NCBI GenBank assembly: GCA_002269645.1
Contig: NIVC01001203.1
Span: 62,001 to 126,000, forward strand
Source of the DNA: Macrostomum lignano
Lineage: Eukaryota
Direction of reading: 5' to 3'
DNA length: 64,000 bases
Position numbers and translations under genes: made by a program
The notes under the pieces: model-generated
Seen by the model: only the letters and a program-made list of their open reading frames with translations
Databases searched by the model: none
What the model was told of the DNA's origin: nothing
Shown here: positions 1 through 13,339 of the stretch, in pieces
Layout: each line of letters starts with the position of its first letter
How positions within the stretch are numbered: the stretch's first letter is position 1

Positions 1-3000
1 CGATCTCTATCAAGTTCACCTATCAGCCGTGCTGCAATTCGAGTTCCCTCTGCACTTTCATCCGGGCCTGCAGCGCATCTTTGCCGCCTCTTGCACCGGT
101 AAAATCCCTCCCGTAGCTTGGCGCCTGCTGTGCAACTGTGTGGCAGCTGACACAGCCGATGACAGGGAGCTGTCAATGTCCATCGATCAGATTGCCGATG
201 TACTTCGATGGCTGGCGGCTCTGCTGCAACGAGAGCGGACTGCCAGATTGGAGCTGTACAGCCAGTGGAATGTGTACCTGGAGCACGTGATGTCTCTAGT
301 GGCTAGCCTAGTCAGGTGGGTGTGCTCTGCTCTGTGACCGTTTTGGCTTATCGATATCGCCTGGGCATGCTCAGCGATCAGCTGAATGGGATAATAGATT
401 CTGTAAATCTGAAAGTCATATTACATTAATCTGTTGGGTTTGATTTTTAGTATATTGGGTTCTCTAATGTCAGAGTGAGTCTCCTTAATCTCGGTGTAGC
501 ACTCCCTTATCTCAGGATGAGACTCCATAATCTCAGGTTGGGACTCCGTAATCTCAGGTTGGGACTCCATAATCTCATGGTGAGCCACCCTAATCTCATG
601 TTAAGACTCCATAATCTCAGGTTGAGACTCCATAATGTAAGGGGAAGACTCCATAATTTGAGGGTGAGACTCCATCATGTGAGGGTGAGACTCCATCATG
701 TGAGGGTGAGACTCGATAATCTCAGGTTGAGACTCCATAATCTCAGATTGAGACTCCATAATCTCATGGTGTGACTCCATAATCTCAGGGTGAGACTCCA
801 TACTCTCAGATTGAGACTTCATAATATCAGGATGAGACTCCATAATCTCAGGCTGAGACTCCATAATGTAAGGGGGGGACTCCATAATGTAAGGGTGAGA
901 CTCCATACTCTCAGGGTGAGACTCCATACTCTCAGGTTGAGACTCCATACTCTCGGGGTGAGACTCCATAATCTCGGGTTGGGACTCCATAATCTCAGGT
1001 TAAGACTTCATAATCTCAGGTTGAGACTCCTTAATCTCAGGTTGAGACTCCTTAATCTCAGGTTGTGACTGCTTAATCTCAGGTTGAGACTCCTTTATTT
1101 TAAAACTACTCACCCGCAGGTGCCTCGGCTACAAAGTGTGCCGCTCAGTCTCCAGGCGCCATCTCAACCCGGCCGCTGGAGCCGACACCCTCTGGGAGGC
1201 CGTCCGGCCCGTGTTCGCGCCCTTCCTCGAGCCGCTCGAGTCGACCCATTCCCAATCCCAATCCGTTGGCGCCCCGTTCAACCCCGGCCACAGTGAAATG
1301 GCCGGCCGAGTTCTCGACTGCCTGGTTGAGATTGTCTGCCAGCTCGACCGCGAGTTCCAGCACACTTTGGGATCGAATTGCGTCGAACAGCCTAGCGGAA
1401 CCAGCGCCGCTAGAGCGCCAATTCACGAGCAACTCCTTCTATACTACTGTCAGCGACTGGCTGCTCCTCAATTCCGATTGCCTGCCTACGTGTTGGCTGC
1501 TTTGCACAGCTCGCTGGCTAAGGCCGATTGGCGTCAGTTGCTACCCGGATTGCCAGCTATGCAGGTGATTGCGGATTTCTATCGCACCGCTGTGTCCGCG
1601 TCTCAGCAGTTTCTGGCAGGCATTGTCAGCGAGATTGATTGGTCTAGCGAAGCGCTGACTGATCATCGGCAGATGCTATTCCACCTGGTGCTGTGTATGA
1701 CCACTTCGCAGGTGAGAACTTTATTGAGAATCTGGGATCTGGTCATTGAGGATTCTGGAATCTGGTCATTGAGGATTCTGGGATCTGGTCATTGAGGATT
1801 CTGGGATCTGGTCATTGAGGATTCTGGGATATCGTCATTAAGGATTCTGGGATCTGGTCATTGAGGATTCTGGGATTTGGTTATGGAGGATTCTGGGATC
1901 TGGTCATTGATGATTCTGGAATCTGGTCATTGAGGATTCTGGGATCTGGTCATTGAGGATTCTGGGATCTGGTCATTAAGGATTCTGGGATCTGGTCATT
2001 GAGGATTCTGGGATCTGGTCATTAAGGATTCTGGGATCTGGTCATTGAGGATTCTGGGATCTGGTCATTGAGGATTCTGGGATCTGGTCATTGAGGATTC
2101 TGGGATCTGGTAATTGAGGATTCTGGGATCTGGTCATTGAGGATTCTGGGATCTGGTCATTGAGGATTCTGGGATCTGGTAATTGAGGATTCTGGGATCT
2201 GGTCATTGATGATTCTGGGATCTGGTCATTGAGGATTCTGGGATCTGGTCATTGAGGATTCTGGGATCTGGTCATTGAGGATTCTGGGATCTGGTCATTG
2301 GGGATTCTGGAATCTGGTCATTGAGGATTCTGGGATCTGGTCATTGCGGATTCTGGGATATGGTCATGGAGGACTCTGGGATCTACTGGATGTGTTCATT
2401 GAGACCTGGCTATTAAGATTCTATTTGGGGATCACTGGGCTATAGAAGTCCCATTTTGGTATCGTTAGCCTATTGCAATCCCATTTGGGAATCACTGGGC
2501 TATTGGAATCTCATTTGGGAATCACTGGACTATTGAAATCCCATTTGGGGATCACTGGGCTATTGGAATCCCATTTGGGAATCATTGGGCTATTGAAATC
2601 CCATTTGGGGATCACTGGGCTATTGGAATCCCATTTGGGAGTCACTGGACTATTGAAATCCCATTTGGGGATCACTGGGCTATTGAAATCCCATTTGGGA
2701 ATCATTGGGCTATTGGAATCCCCTTTGACATGGCATCCTATCCTATTTTCCCCAGGAGATTATCCGAATGCCCGAGTTCGCTCGCCTCTTGGACACCAGC
2801 GCTCGCCTAAATTGGCACTGTGTTCGATCCGACACCTACGAGTCCATGACAACCTGGCTAGCAACCAAATGGGATCCGATGTGCATGCTAAGGGAGCGAA
2901 CTTCGGCCGCCTATTTAGCCGTGGCTTTCCTGCAGAAGTCGGCAGAGTTTTCGGCTCCACTGCAGCCAGACGATCGTAGCGGACTGATTAAGCAGTGCCT

Positions 3001-4708
3001 GTGCACCCGTATGTGCATTCAGCTGCTGTGCCAGTGCCTCTCTGCTGGGCAGACTGCTCTGTCCAAGGAGGAATTGGCTAGCAAATTTGCTACTGCCGTT
3101 AGCAACCTGCTCACTGAGGTTGAGTCCTGTCTGGTCTATGGTGAGTGCGAGTTTCTGGGTGTGCATTTCATTAGGAAGTAGGATAAGAGTAGTTTCGGCC
3201 ATAGACTATAGAGCTGTACACAGTTAGGATAAAATTAGCTTAGGCCATAGACTATCGATGTACATAGTTAGGGTATAATGGGTTTTGACCATAGACTATA
3301 TATGTACACAGGATTGAATGGGCTTTGGCAATAGACTATAGATGTACACAGTTAGGATTGGGTGGCCTTAGGCCATAGACTATAGATGTACATAGTTATG
3401 ATTGAATGGGCTTTGACCATAGACTATAGATGTACACAGTTAGGATGAAATTAGCTTACGCCATGCACACAATAAAATAGGCTTCGGCCATAGACTATAG
3501 ATGTACACAGTTAGGATTGAATGGGCTTAGGCCATAGACATAGATGTACACAGTTAGGATTGAATTGGCTTAGGCCATAGACTATAGATTTACACAGTTA
3601 GGATTGAATGGGCTTATGCCATAGACTATAGATGTACACAGTTAGGATTGAAATGGCTTTGGCCATAGACTATAGATGTACACAGGATAAAATGGGCTTT
3701 GGCCATAGACTATTCTTATACACAGTAAAATGAGCGGGACTACAAGACTTTTGTGACTTTCAACCATAGACTACGCAAGAACCTTCGTGTTGAACAACAC
3801 TGCCTTCCCTCCCCTAAATCAGCTGCGCTACCAGACGACCAAAAGTTCGCTCACGGCTGCGCCCTCTGCCAGGAGGTGCTGAACCTGTTGCGAAATAACA
3901 GCCCAGCTGTGCAACGGGTCTGTCTATCCAGCCTGCAGGACTGGTGCGAGAACAGCGGCTCCGGCCCGCTGGTCCTGCCGCTTATTCGATGCCTCACAGC
4001 AGCCCCTGCCAACACTGCGTCCACTGTGCGACTGCTCGAGACTCTCATGACCGCCTTTGTGGTTGCTATTGGTGAGCGATGGGAGCTTGCTATAGGGGCT
4101 TTGAGAGTTCTCACCATAGACACTGCTCAGTGATTGATGAGTTCTCACACCAGAGACACTGCTCAGTGATTGATGAGTTCTCACACTGCTCAGTGATTGA
4201 TGAGTTCTCACACTGCTCAGTGATTGATGAGTTCTCTCTCCTTCCCTCTCTGCAGCCTCCAACGAGTCAACGCCCCAGTCGGTGCTGTCCCACCTGTTGG
4301 CAGTGTTCCAGCTGCCCAGCAGCACTTTGGAACCGTTTCTGTCCGAGTGCGTCACAGCGGAGAGCCTGCTCACTCTGCTGCTCTGTCTGCATATCCAGCT
4401 CGGTCTGTCCTCGGTAGCCAATCAGCGTAGAGCTCTGCTAGCCAGATGCTGCGATTGGCTGCGCTCGGTGAAGGTCAGCGTGGACGGTGAGGTTCGGTAC
4501 CTGGCCCTGCTAGATCGCTGCTTTGATGCACTGGTTATGCACTTGACTCCTGAGGATGATCAGTGGCTGAATAGGCAGCTGCACCAGCTGCTGCCCTGTC
4601 TGCTTACCCTGTCGGAGGATAAATCTTCGGCTGGGTTTCTGGGAGCTATCGGACTGGGACGGCGCTCAGCGATGTCTGCTGAGTGAGTGATGATGGGTCT
4701 GTGGATGG

Positions 4709-4744
<36 letters not shown>

Positions 4745-4745
4745 C

Positions 4746-4837
<92 letters not shown>

Positions 4838-5475
4838 GGATAGATAGATAGATAGATAGATGGATGTCTGCTAGTCTAGAGATAGACTAGCAGATAAATC
4901 GTTAGATAGATCTAGTACTCGTAGATAGACTGGCAGCTAAATCGGCAGATAGATCTAGTAGATGGACTGGCAGATAGACAGGTAGATAGACTGGCAGATA
5001 GACTGGCAGATAGACAGGTAGATAGACTGGTAGATAGACTGGCAGATAGACTGGTAGATAGATTCGCAGATATACTGGTAGATAGACTGGTAGATAGACT
5101 GGTAGATAGATTTCTACCCTCTACTCTGTCCGACCCCATCGCAGGTTCCGCTTCACGGCCAGAGCCGCGGCCAGCCTGGTGCAGGTGAAGCTGGACGGCT
5201 GGCAGGGCGCCCGCACTCAGCAGGTGGTCGCCGGCCTGCGCGCCGCTCGCGCCAACCGCGCCTACACTGGCGCCATCAGCGAGGCCACCATCGACCAGGT
5301 GCTGGCATTCGTGGACACGTTCGGTTCGCCAGGCGCAGCCAGACCGAGGCTCGCCGACATCTGTCGAGTTTTACGATTTACGACGCATCGAGCTTATCCC
5401 AGTAGCGGCCTGCCCGCTTGCAAATGCCTGCTGCCTACGGAGAGCGAACTTCTGCCGCTGGGTGGCGCCAACTGA
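1..5475 (+). CDS. EPG5: Ectopic P granules protein 5 (autophagy tether), C-terminal exons; gene begins upstream of the window
   Basis: Exons with GT/AG boundaries and compatible phases: <2-315, 1120-1711, 2756-3140, 3823-4071, 4256-4682, 5145-5475 (stop). Spliced peptide matches the EPG5 C-terminus as recalled from the human protein: [12 protein letters not shown] ~ LFLGSVLCEVNW; GPLVLPLI ~ GLVVLPLL; [24 protein letters not shown] ~ LQVPELTMEEFLQECLTLGSYLTL; [21 protein letters not shown] ~ SSGILGAIGFGRKS..RFRVVAR. Confidence 0.88.
490..1095. repeat. Intronic minisatellite, 21-bp unit (GAGACTCCATAATCTCAGGTT)
   Basis: Tandem array read directly; explains ORFs 475-774, 601-990 and 790-1068. 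Confidence 0.95.
1725..2380. repeat. Intronic minisatellite, 23-bp unit (GAGGATTCTGGGATCTGGTCATT)
   Basis: Tandem array read directly. Confidence 0.95.
2405..2722. repeat. Intronic minisatellite, 30-bp unit (ATCACTGGGCTATTGGAATCCCATTTGGGA)
   Basis: Tandem array; produces the [10 protein letters not shown] pseudo-ORF. Confidence 0.93.
3195..3720. repeat. Intronic minisatellite, ~44-bp unit (GGCCATAGACTATAGATGTACACAGTTAGGATTGAATGGGCTTA)
   Basis: Tandem array read directly. Confidence 0.92.
4115..4236. repeat. Short intronic tandem repeat, ~27-bp unit (CACTGCTCAGTGATTGATGAGTTCTCA)
   Basis: About four copies in EPG5 intron 4072-4255. Confidence 0.85.
4705..5112. repeat. (GATA)n microsatellite followed by degenerate GATAGACTGG(C/T)A repeats
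   Basis: Read directly. Confidence 0.95.
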
Positions 5476-5599
5476 GAACTGATTGAAACTGCTGGTTCTG
5501 GAATTTCTTCATTCGTGTGTTTATTATTCAGTGTTTATGACTATAGCTGGGTCGATTGAACTATATGTGGGAATTTAACCTAGGGAGATCATCTTTATT

Positions 5600-7690
5600 A
5601 GGCTACCTGAGAGATAATCTCCTTTAAGCTACCTGAGAGATAATCCCCTTTAAGCTACCTGAGAGATAATCCCCTATAAGCTACCTGAGAGATAATCCCC
5701 TATATGCTACCTGAAAGATAATCCCCTATAAGCTACCTGAGAGATAATCCCCTATAAGCTACCTGAGAGATAATCCTCTATAAGCTACCTGAGAGATAAT
5801 CCCCTATAAGCTACCTGAGAGATAATCCCCTATAAGCTACCTGAGAGATAATCCCCTATAAGCTACCTGAGAGATAATCCCCTATAAGCTACCTGAGAGA
5901 TAATCTCCTTTAAGCAACCTGAGAGATAATCCCCTATAAGCTACCTGAGAGATAATCCCCTATAAGCTACCTGAGAGATAATCTCCTTTAAGCAACCTGA
6001 GAGATAATCCCCTATAAGCTACCTGAGAGATAATCCCCTTTAAGCTACCTGATAGATAATCCCCTTTAAGCAACCTGAGAGATAATCCCCTATAAGCTAC
6101 CTGAGAGATAATCCCCTTTAAGCTACCTGATAGATAATCCCCTTTAAGCTACCTGAGAGATAATCCCCTATAAGCTACCTGAGAGATAATCCCCTTTAAG
6201 CTACCTGATAGATAATCCCCTTTAAGCTATCTGAGAGATAATCCCCTATAAGCTACCTGAGAGATAATCCCCTTTAAGCTATCTGAGAGATAATCCCCTA
6301 TAAGCTACCTGAGAGATAATCCTCTATGAGCTACCTGAGAGATAATCCCCTATAAGCTACCTGAGAGATAATCTTCTATAAGCTACCTGAGAGATAATCC
6401 TCTATAAGCTACCTGAGAGATAATCCTCTATGAGCTACCTGAGAGATAATCCCCTATAAGCTATCTGAGAGATAATCTTCTATAAGCTACCTGAGAGATA
6501 ATCCCCTATAAGCTACCTAAGAGATAATCCCCTATAAGCTACCTGAGAGTTAATTCCCTATAAGCTACCTGAGAGATAATCCCTATAAGCTACCTAAGAG
6601 ATAATCCCCTATAAGCTACCTGAGAGATAATCCCCTATAAGCTACCTGACAGATAATCCCCTTTAAGCTACCTGAGAGATAATCCTTTATAAGCTACCTG
6701 AGAGATAATCCTCTATAAGCTACCTGAGATAATCCCCTATAAGCTACCTGAGAGTTAATCCCCTATAGGCTACCTGAGAGATAATCCCCTTTAAGCTACC
6801 TGAGAGATAATCCCCTATAAGCTTCCTGAGAGATAATCCCCTTTAAGCTACCTGAGAGATAATCCCCTATAAGCTACCTGATAGATAATCCCCTATAAGC
6901 TACCTGAGAGATAATCCCCTTTAAGCTACCTGAGAGATAATCCTCTATAAGCTACCTGAGAGATAATCCTCTATAAGCTACCTGAGAGATAATTCTCTAT
7001 AAGCTACCTAAGAGATAATCCTCTATAAGCTACCTGAGATAATCCCCTATAAGCTACCTGAGAGTAAATCCCCTATAGGCTACCTGAGAGATAATCCCCT
7101 ATAAGCTACCTGAGAGATAATCCCCTATAAGCTACCTGAGAGATAATCCCCTATGAGCTACCTGAGAGATAATCCCCTATAAGCTACCTGAGAGATAATC
7201 CTCTATAAGCTACCTGAAAGATAATCTCTTTAAGCTACCTGAGAGATAATCCCCTATAAGCTACCTGAGAGATAATCCTCTATAAGCTATCTGAGAGATA
7301 ATCCCCTATAAGCTACCTGAGAGATAATCCCCAATGAGCTACCTGAGAGATAATCCCCAATGAGCTACCTGAGAGATAATCCCCTATAAGCTACCTGAGA
7401 GATAATCCCCTATAAGCTACCTAAGAGATAATCCCCTATAAGCTACCTGAGAGATAATCCCCTATAAGCTACCTGAGAGATAATCCCCTATAAGTTACCT
7501 AAGAGATAATCCTCTATAAGCTACCTAAGAGATAATCCCATATAAGCTACCTAAGAGATAATCCCCTATAAGCTACCTGAGAGATAATTCTCTATAAGCT
7601 ACCTAAGAGATAATCCTCTATAAGCTACCTGAGATAATCCCCTATAAGCTAGCTACCTGAGAGTTAATCCCCTATAAGCTACCTAGGGGA
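5600..7690. repeat. 2.1-kb minisatellite, 26-bp unit (AAGCTACCTGAGAGATAATCCCCTAT)
   Basis: Long tandem array downstream of the EPG5 stop. Confidence 0.97.
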
Positions 7691-8524
7691 TAATCTCTAA
7701 GCTACGTGAGGTGATCAGTGCTAAAAAACGCGTCATTCCAAATGTTCTCGTATTTTCGCAACCTCTACTAACAGTAGTTTCAATGTGTATTTTAAGATAG
7801 ATTTTCCTGCGTGTAAATAAAATGCCAATAAATACATTATTAGTATCGTGTGTATCAATAATGTATTTTACTTGACTCCCAGTAATTATTGATTTTACAA
7901 TCGATTGTACATCATTCATTAATAATAATTCACCTCCTGCTTTCCCTGCGTTGGTCTTTCTTGTAATTAAACAAACCAAAAACAAAGGAAAATTATATGA
8001 AAATTGAAAACTTCATTTTATTGTCACAATTTGATTCTCACTTGGGTTTGCATCTGAGTTTGTTTGATCATAAAAAATGTTGCTATTTTCTTAAACAGAT
8101 TATTTTTGGTACTTTTAACCCTAAATTACGAGCAACCAATTCATTCTAGCATGCGTATTATTTATTAATTATTTAATTGTTTAATTGTGTTTCATTTTCA
8201 GTTGGAATCTTAACTCGAATTTCTTCATCATGTTGGGTTTAATTTTTCTTTTGTCCTGGCCTGCGTTTTTTGAGGAACCTTGAAGATTTTATAATATATA
8301 ATTACGGTAATAAAACTGTTAACAACAGTAATTATGCGTTTGTTTATCCAGATTTTAAAAAAATTGGCTTCCGCTTAATAAAGTGCATGCTGTACTTGGT
8401 GTTGACTTTGGTGTTCGTTTAGTTGTTTTAAATAAACATCTTAGGCTAGACTGAATTTTTCTACATGTCTACATGTCTACATGTCTAAATCTACATGTAC
8501 ATGTGTAATTGAGACCAAGAGAAT

Positions 8525-9150
8525 ATTTAAACTGATGGCGCCAAACTCAAACTGATGGCGCCAAACTCAAACTGATGGTGCTAAACTCAAACTGATGGCG
8601 CCAAACTCCATATACTCGTAGTAGCGCCAGAAACTCAATATATTGGCGCCAAACTGAAACTGATGGTGCCAAACTCAAACTGATGGCGCCAAACTGAAAC
8701 TGATGGCGCCAAACTGAAACTGATGGCGCCAAACTCAAACTGATGGCGCCAAACTGAAGCTGATGGCGCCAAACTCAAACTGATGGTGCCAAACTGAAAC
8801 TGATGGCGCCAAACTGAAACTGATGGCGCCAAACTCAAACTGATGGCGCCAAACTGAAACTGATGGCGCCAAACTAAAACTGATGGCGCCAAACTCAAAC
8901 TGATGGCGCCAAACTCAAACTGATGGCGCTAGGCGCTAAACTCAATACAGTGGCGCCAAATTCAATACAGTGGCGCTAAACTCAATACAGTGGCGCCAAA
9001 CTCAATACTACAGTTGCGCCAAACTCAATACAGTGGCGCCAAACTCAATACAGTGGCGCTAAACTCAATACAGTAGCGCCAAACTCAATACAATGGCGCC
9101 AAACTCAAAACAGTAGCGCCAAACTCAAACTGATGGTGCCAAAAACTCAA
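8525..9150. repeat. Minisatellite, ~20-bp unit (AAACTGATGGCGCCAAACTC) with GGCGCC core
   Basis: Tandem array; right part changes to AATACAGTGGCGCCAAACTC. Confidence 0.93.
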
Positions 9151-11492
9151 TACAGCCCGACCGAAAATAATCGTTCTTTCAAAAACAGTAAAAAAAGTGT
9201 GTCAGTTGTGCCACAAATATGCCCTTTGACAGAGATGTAACTGTCTTTGTACTTTTTGGCATACTTGTTGCTACAATTGTACCAATTGTGCCATAGCTAT
9301 GCCATTTGGCACAGATTGGAAATGTCTTTGTGTGCCCTTTTTGGCACACTTACGCAAATAACGTTTTTATTGCTAACGAAACTGTTTGACACACACCCGG
9401 TGCAACTTGCACGGAGGCTGGCAGGCGGTCATTAACAACATGATCTGTTCAGACGCTCTAAAATGGCACAACCGCGTTTGATTGACGCCATTGCAAAAGG
9501 ATCGAACTAAAAGCATCAAATCAAGCAGCATCTCTCGCTGTCCGTCTAGATCAGCTCGTGGACCCAGCTGTCACAGTTGACGACATGAATCGACATCCCA
9601 GCCAATATGAAAGCGGTTGAAAAGGCCTACGTCCGGTGCTCCATCATCGTCAGTCGACGTAAAAAGCGGTCCGGACGTTTGTCTGTCAAGAAACGTCGTC
9701 AAGGAGCGGCTGCCGGTGTCACTGACACTGCAGTCGGAGGCGAATATTGCTACTCGCGAGGACTGAGCGCGGGATGTCTGTCCGCGGGAAGCTGTTGCTT
9801 CTAATCTACTCGTATTAATACCAAACTTGTTTGGCAGATGCCGGAGCCGTCTAGCTTGGCCTTATCCCCCCACGTTTCTAGTTTTGCTTGATTCTAGCAT
9901 TTTATAATATGCAGACATGCTTGGTTTGGTGCCTTGATAAAGATATCACGATGTTGGGGGTGCCAGCTCGTCAGGGCCGCGTTGTAGCTAGCACTCCGTT
10001 GTTGAAGATTCCGAAGGTCGCCTGTATGTCTACAGGTCAGTCTAAATCTTGTCGCCATCGTCCATTTCATTCACCGATTATGTCTAATGCATGCAGAAGA
10101 GGATTCTTCCATTTCTGCAGTTTTGGAAACGCAGCGTCTCTGAGATGCCGATCGGGTGCTTTTGTTGAAGGTCCCGACGGTCGCCACCATGCTCCAGACG
10201 GTAATGAAGAGGACCATTATGGTTCCTGGGATGCTGAGAGCCAAAGTCGCTGCGACTGATATGCATAGTTTGTTGAGCCGACGTACGAGGAGTTTTATGT
10301 TGAGATTTTGTGAGCAGAAAATTTTGTCTGGATTTTAGATTTTGTCACCGGGCACCACGAGGAGAATCGTTGAATATCTCAACGATGCCGATATTTTGTG
10401 ATTCTCAAAGTTGCTTCATCGAATAAAGCGGAAAATTTTAGCCCGTGTTCTGGATTTTCATGGCAATTCATGGTTGAATATTTTTGGAGATCCAGACAAA
10501 GGAAACAAAGGAAAAATGTGTGTATTTGAAATACACCCTCATGGTCTTTCTACTGTTACGGACATGTCATTTTTTCTCTCAAATGCGCACGGGGACCGCG
10601 GAAGTCAAAGATTCTCAAGCAAACCTCCGTTTTTTTGGAAGCTGGGACACCCGGAAGCGCGTTTGAGTCTCCAGGGGAGACCGCGGAAACCCGAAAACCC
10701 TAAGGTATAAAGCCGGTTGGCATCCAGCTGTCGGATTTCCATCCTCCAAACATTTGTATATTTCTGTTTTGCAATTCAGACTTGTACTTTTGAGATAGCT
10801 CGCATTATTAGATTATTGTCTATTCGACACCAGCATTTTTAACTTGGATATGAAATTTCTGGTTGGACCCGCCATCGAACCTCAATAACTCTTTTTTGTA
10901 GAAATTAAAAGCTTTGTAGTATAGGCAAGACTTCAGACTTGAGTTTAGCATACCTGACACTCAACACTGGTCTACTTTCGCTATGCTGGATATTTCTAGA
11001 ATTTATGTTTCGGAAACAGAGCCTGAAAAACTTTGGATGCCATCCGCATCACTTTGACTTAGTGGTAAATATTCAAAAGCGAAAAGGCAGGCAGAGAGAC
11101 AGACGCACAATCAGCCACTAATACAAGCCGTACCACGTAAAGCTGCTAATAATGCTCTGAAAAACACCGCTCTGCAAATAAATGAACACTTTACTGGCCC
11201 AAAGAAGGACATTAAAAACATTCTTAAAAGCATACAGCAACTTCTTGAGGAACAGCCCTCCTAAATAAAACTGGTAACTGGCATCAGACTGCTACTTTAA
11301 GTAGCAAAGCAGCAGCTACGATAGCAATTATTCTGTAGCCAAGCCGAACCGCACCCAAACCTCATTTATTTCTATTGGCCTGGGCAGCGCTGCCAATGGC
11401 AGGCAATTGTGACACAAATAAGCAAAAAAATTTAAATTCCAGCAAATTTCGGCGCTCTCCGCATTCCACAGCACCGATACCAAACCACAAAA

Positions 11493-13339
11493 ATGGAAGC
11501 TCTTTGGAGAATCCTGACAGCGATTGCAGCAGTTCTGATGCAGACCTTCGGCAGGTCCACAGGCCAAAGCGAGGGCCTTGATGGCACTGAGCAGGAGATC
11601 CGGGAAGCCGTTATGTCCGAAAATGAAGCAAAAATTTCACGATACCTGCAGAAACCTTCTAACGTTGATAGGCTCTTCAGCATCAATGAGACGACATTCT
11701 CACCGCTTCACATTGCGTGTGCAATGGGAAATGTCAAAATTGTCGAAATGTTCATTCGAGCCCAAGCTGACGTCAATCTTCAACAAAACACCGGCGAGTC
11801 ACCTCTCTACATTGCATCAGAGTATGGTCACCACCAAGTTGTGAGCTCACTCATCAAAGCACAAGCTGACGTCAATCTTCAACAAATCCAAGGCGTTTCA
11901 CCTCTCAACATTGCATCACAGAATGGTCACCACCAAGTTGTGAGCTCACTCATCAAAGCACAAGCTGACGTCAATCTTCAAGAAGTCAATGGCTGCTCAC
12001 CTCTCTACATTGCATCACAGAATTGTCACCACCAAGTTGTGAGCTCACTCATCAAAGCACAAGCTGACGTCAATCTTCAAGAAGTCAATGGCTGCTCACC
12101 TCTCTACATTGCATCACAGAATGGTTACCACCAAGTTGTGAGCTCACTCATCAAAGCACAAGCTGACGTCAATCTTCAACAAGTCGATGGCTGCTCACCT
12201 CTCTACATTGCATCACAGAATGGTCACCACCAAGTTGTGAGCTCACTCATCAAGGCACAAGCTGACGTCAATCTTCAACAAGTCGATGGCTGCTCACCTC
12301 TCTACATTGCATCACAGAATGGTCACCACCAAGTTGTGAGCTCACTCATCAAAGCACAAGCTGACGTCAATCTTCAACAAGTCGATGGCTGCTCGCCTCT
12401 CTACATTGCATCACAGAAGGGTCACCAGCAAGTTGTGAGCTCACTCATCAAAGCACAAGCTGACGTCAATCTTCAAGGAGTCGATGGCTGCTCACCTCTC
12501 TACATTGCATCACACCAAGGTCACCACCAAGTTGTGAGCTCACTCATCAAAGCACAAGCTGACGTCAATCTTCGAGAAGTCGATGGCTGCTCACCTCACT
12601 ACATTGCATCACAGAATGGTCACCACCAAGTTGTGAGCTCACTCATCAAGGCAAAAGCTGACGTCAATCTTCAACAAATCCGAGGCGCTTCACCTCTCTA
12701 CATTGCATCACAGAATGGTCACTACCAAGTTGTGAGCTCACTCATCAAGGCAAAAGCTGACGTCAATCTTCAACAAATCCGAGGCGCTTCACCTCTCTAC
12801 ATTGCATCACAGAATGGTCACCACCAAGTTGTGAGCACACTCATCAAAGCACAAGCTGACATCAATCTTCAAGAAGTCGATGGCTGCTCACCTCTCTACA
12901 TTGCATCACATTTTGGTCACCACCAAGTTGTGAGCTCACTCATCAAGGCACAAGCTGACGTCAATCTTCAACAAGTCGATGGCTGCTCGCCTCTCTACAT
13001 TGCATCACAGAAGGGTCACCAGCAAGTTGTGAGCTCACTCATCAAAGCACAAGCTGACGTGAATCTTCAACGAAACACTGGCTCGTCACCTCTCTACATT
13101 GCATCACAGAATGGTCACCACCAAGTTGTGAACTCACTCATCAAAGCACAAGCTGACGTCAATCTTCAAGAAGTCGATGGCTGCTCACCTCTCTACATTG
13201 CATCACAGAATGATCACCACCAAGTTGTGAGCTCATTCATCAAAGCACAAGGTGACGCCAATCTTGAGAATATTCGCAGTCCAGAAGTGACTAAAATGTC
13301 ATCTGCTTTGGAAAAACCGCTAAAAGAGTCAGATTTTGG
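11493..13339 (+). CDS. Exon 1 of ankyrin-repeat cGAS-like receptor: N-terminal segment plus 15 near-identical 33-aa ankyrin repeats
   Basis: ORF 11493-13343; repeats ADVNLQxxxGxSPLYIASxxGHHQVVSSLIKAQ at 11766-13250 (99-bp period). The apparent stop TAG lies inside a donor-like site TTTGG|GTAGGC (GT at 13340), phase 2, matching the acceptor at 14847. Ankyrin identity is certain; the splice link is inferred. Confidence 0.9.

Noticed and set aside
475-1068. Repetitive ORFs (LRLHN, MESQPEI)
   Set aside because: Translation of a 21-bp intronic minisatellite in several frames.
5600-7690. Regular repeat array that might be CRISPR-like
   Set aside because: Head-to-tail units with no unique spacers, no cas genes, eukaryotic context.
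7683-7985. AT-rich 100-aa ORF with a faint resemblance to a LINE endonuclease fragment (KAGGELLLMND)
   Set aside because: No catalytic motifs or adjoining RT sequence; too weak to call.
9400-10340. GC-richer region with several short ORFs
   Set aside because: No recognisable motif or consistent splice structure in any frame.
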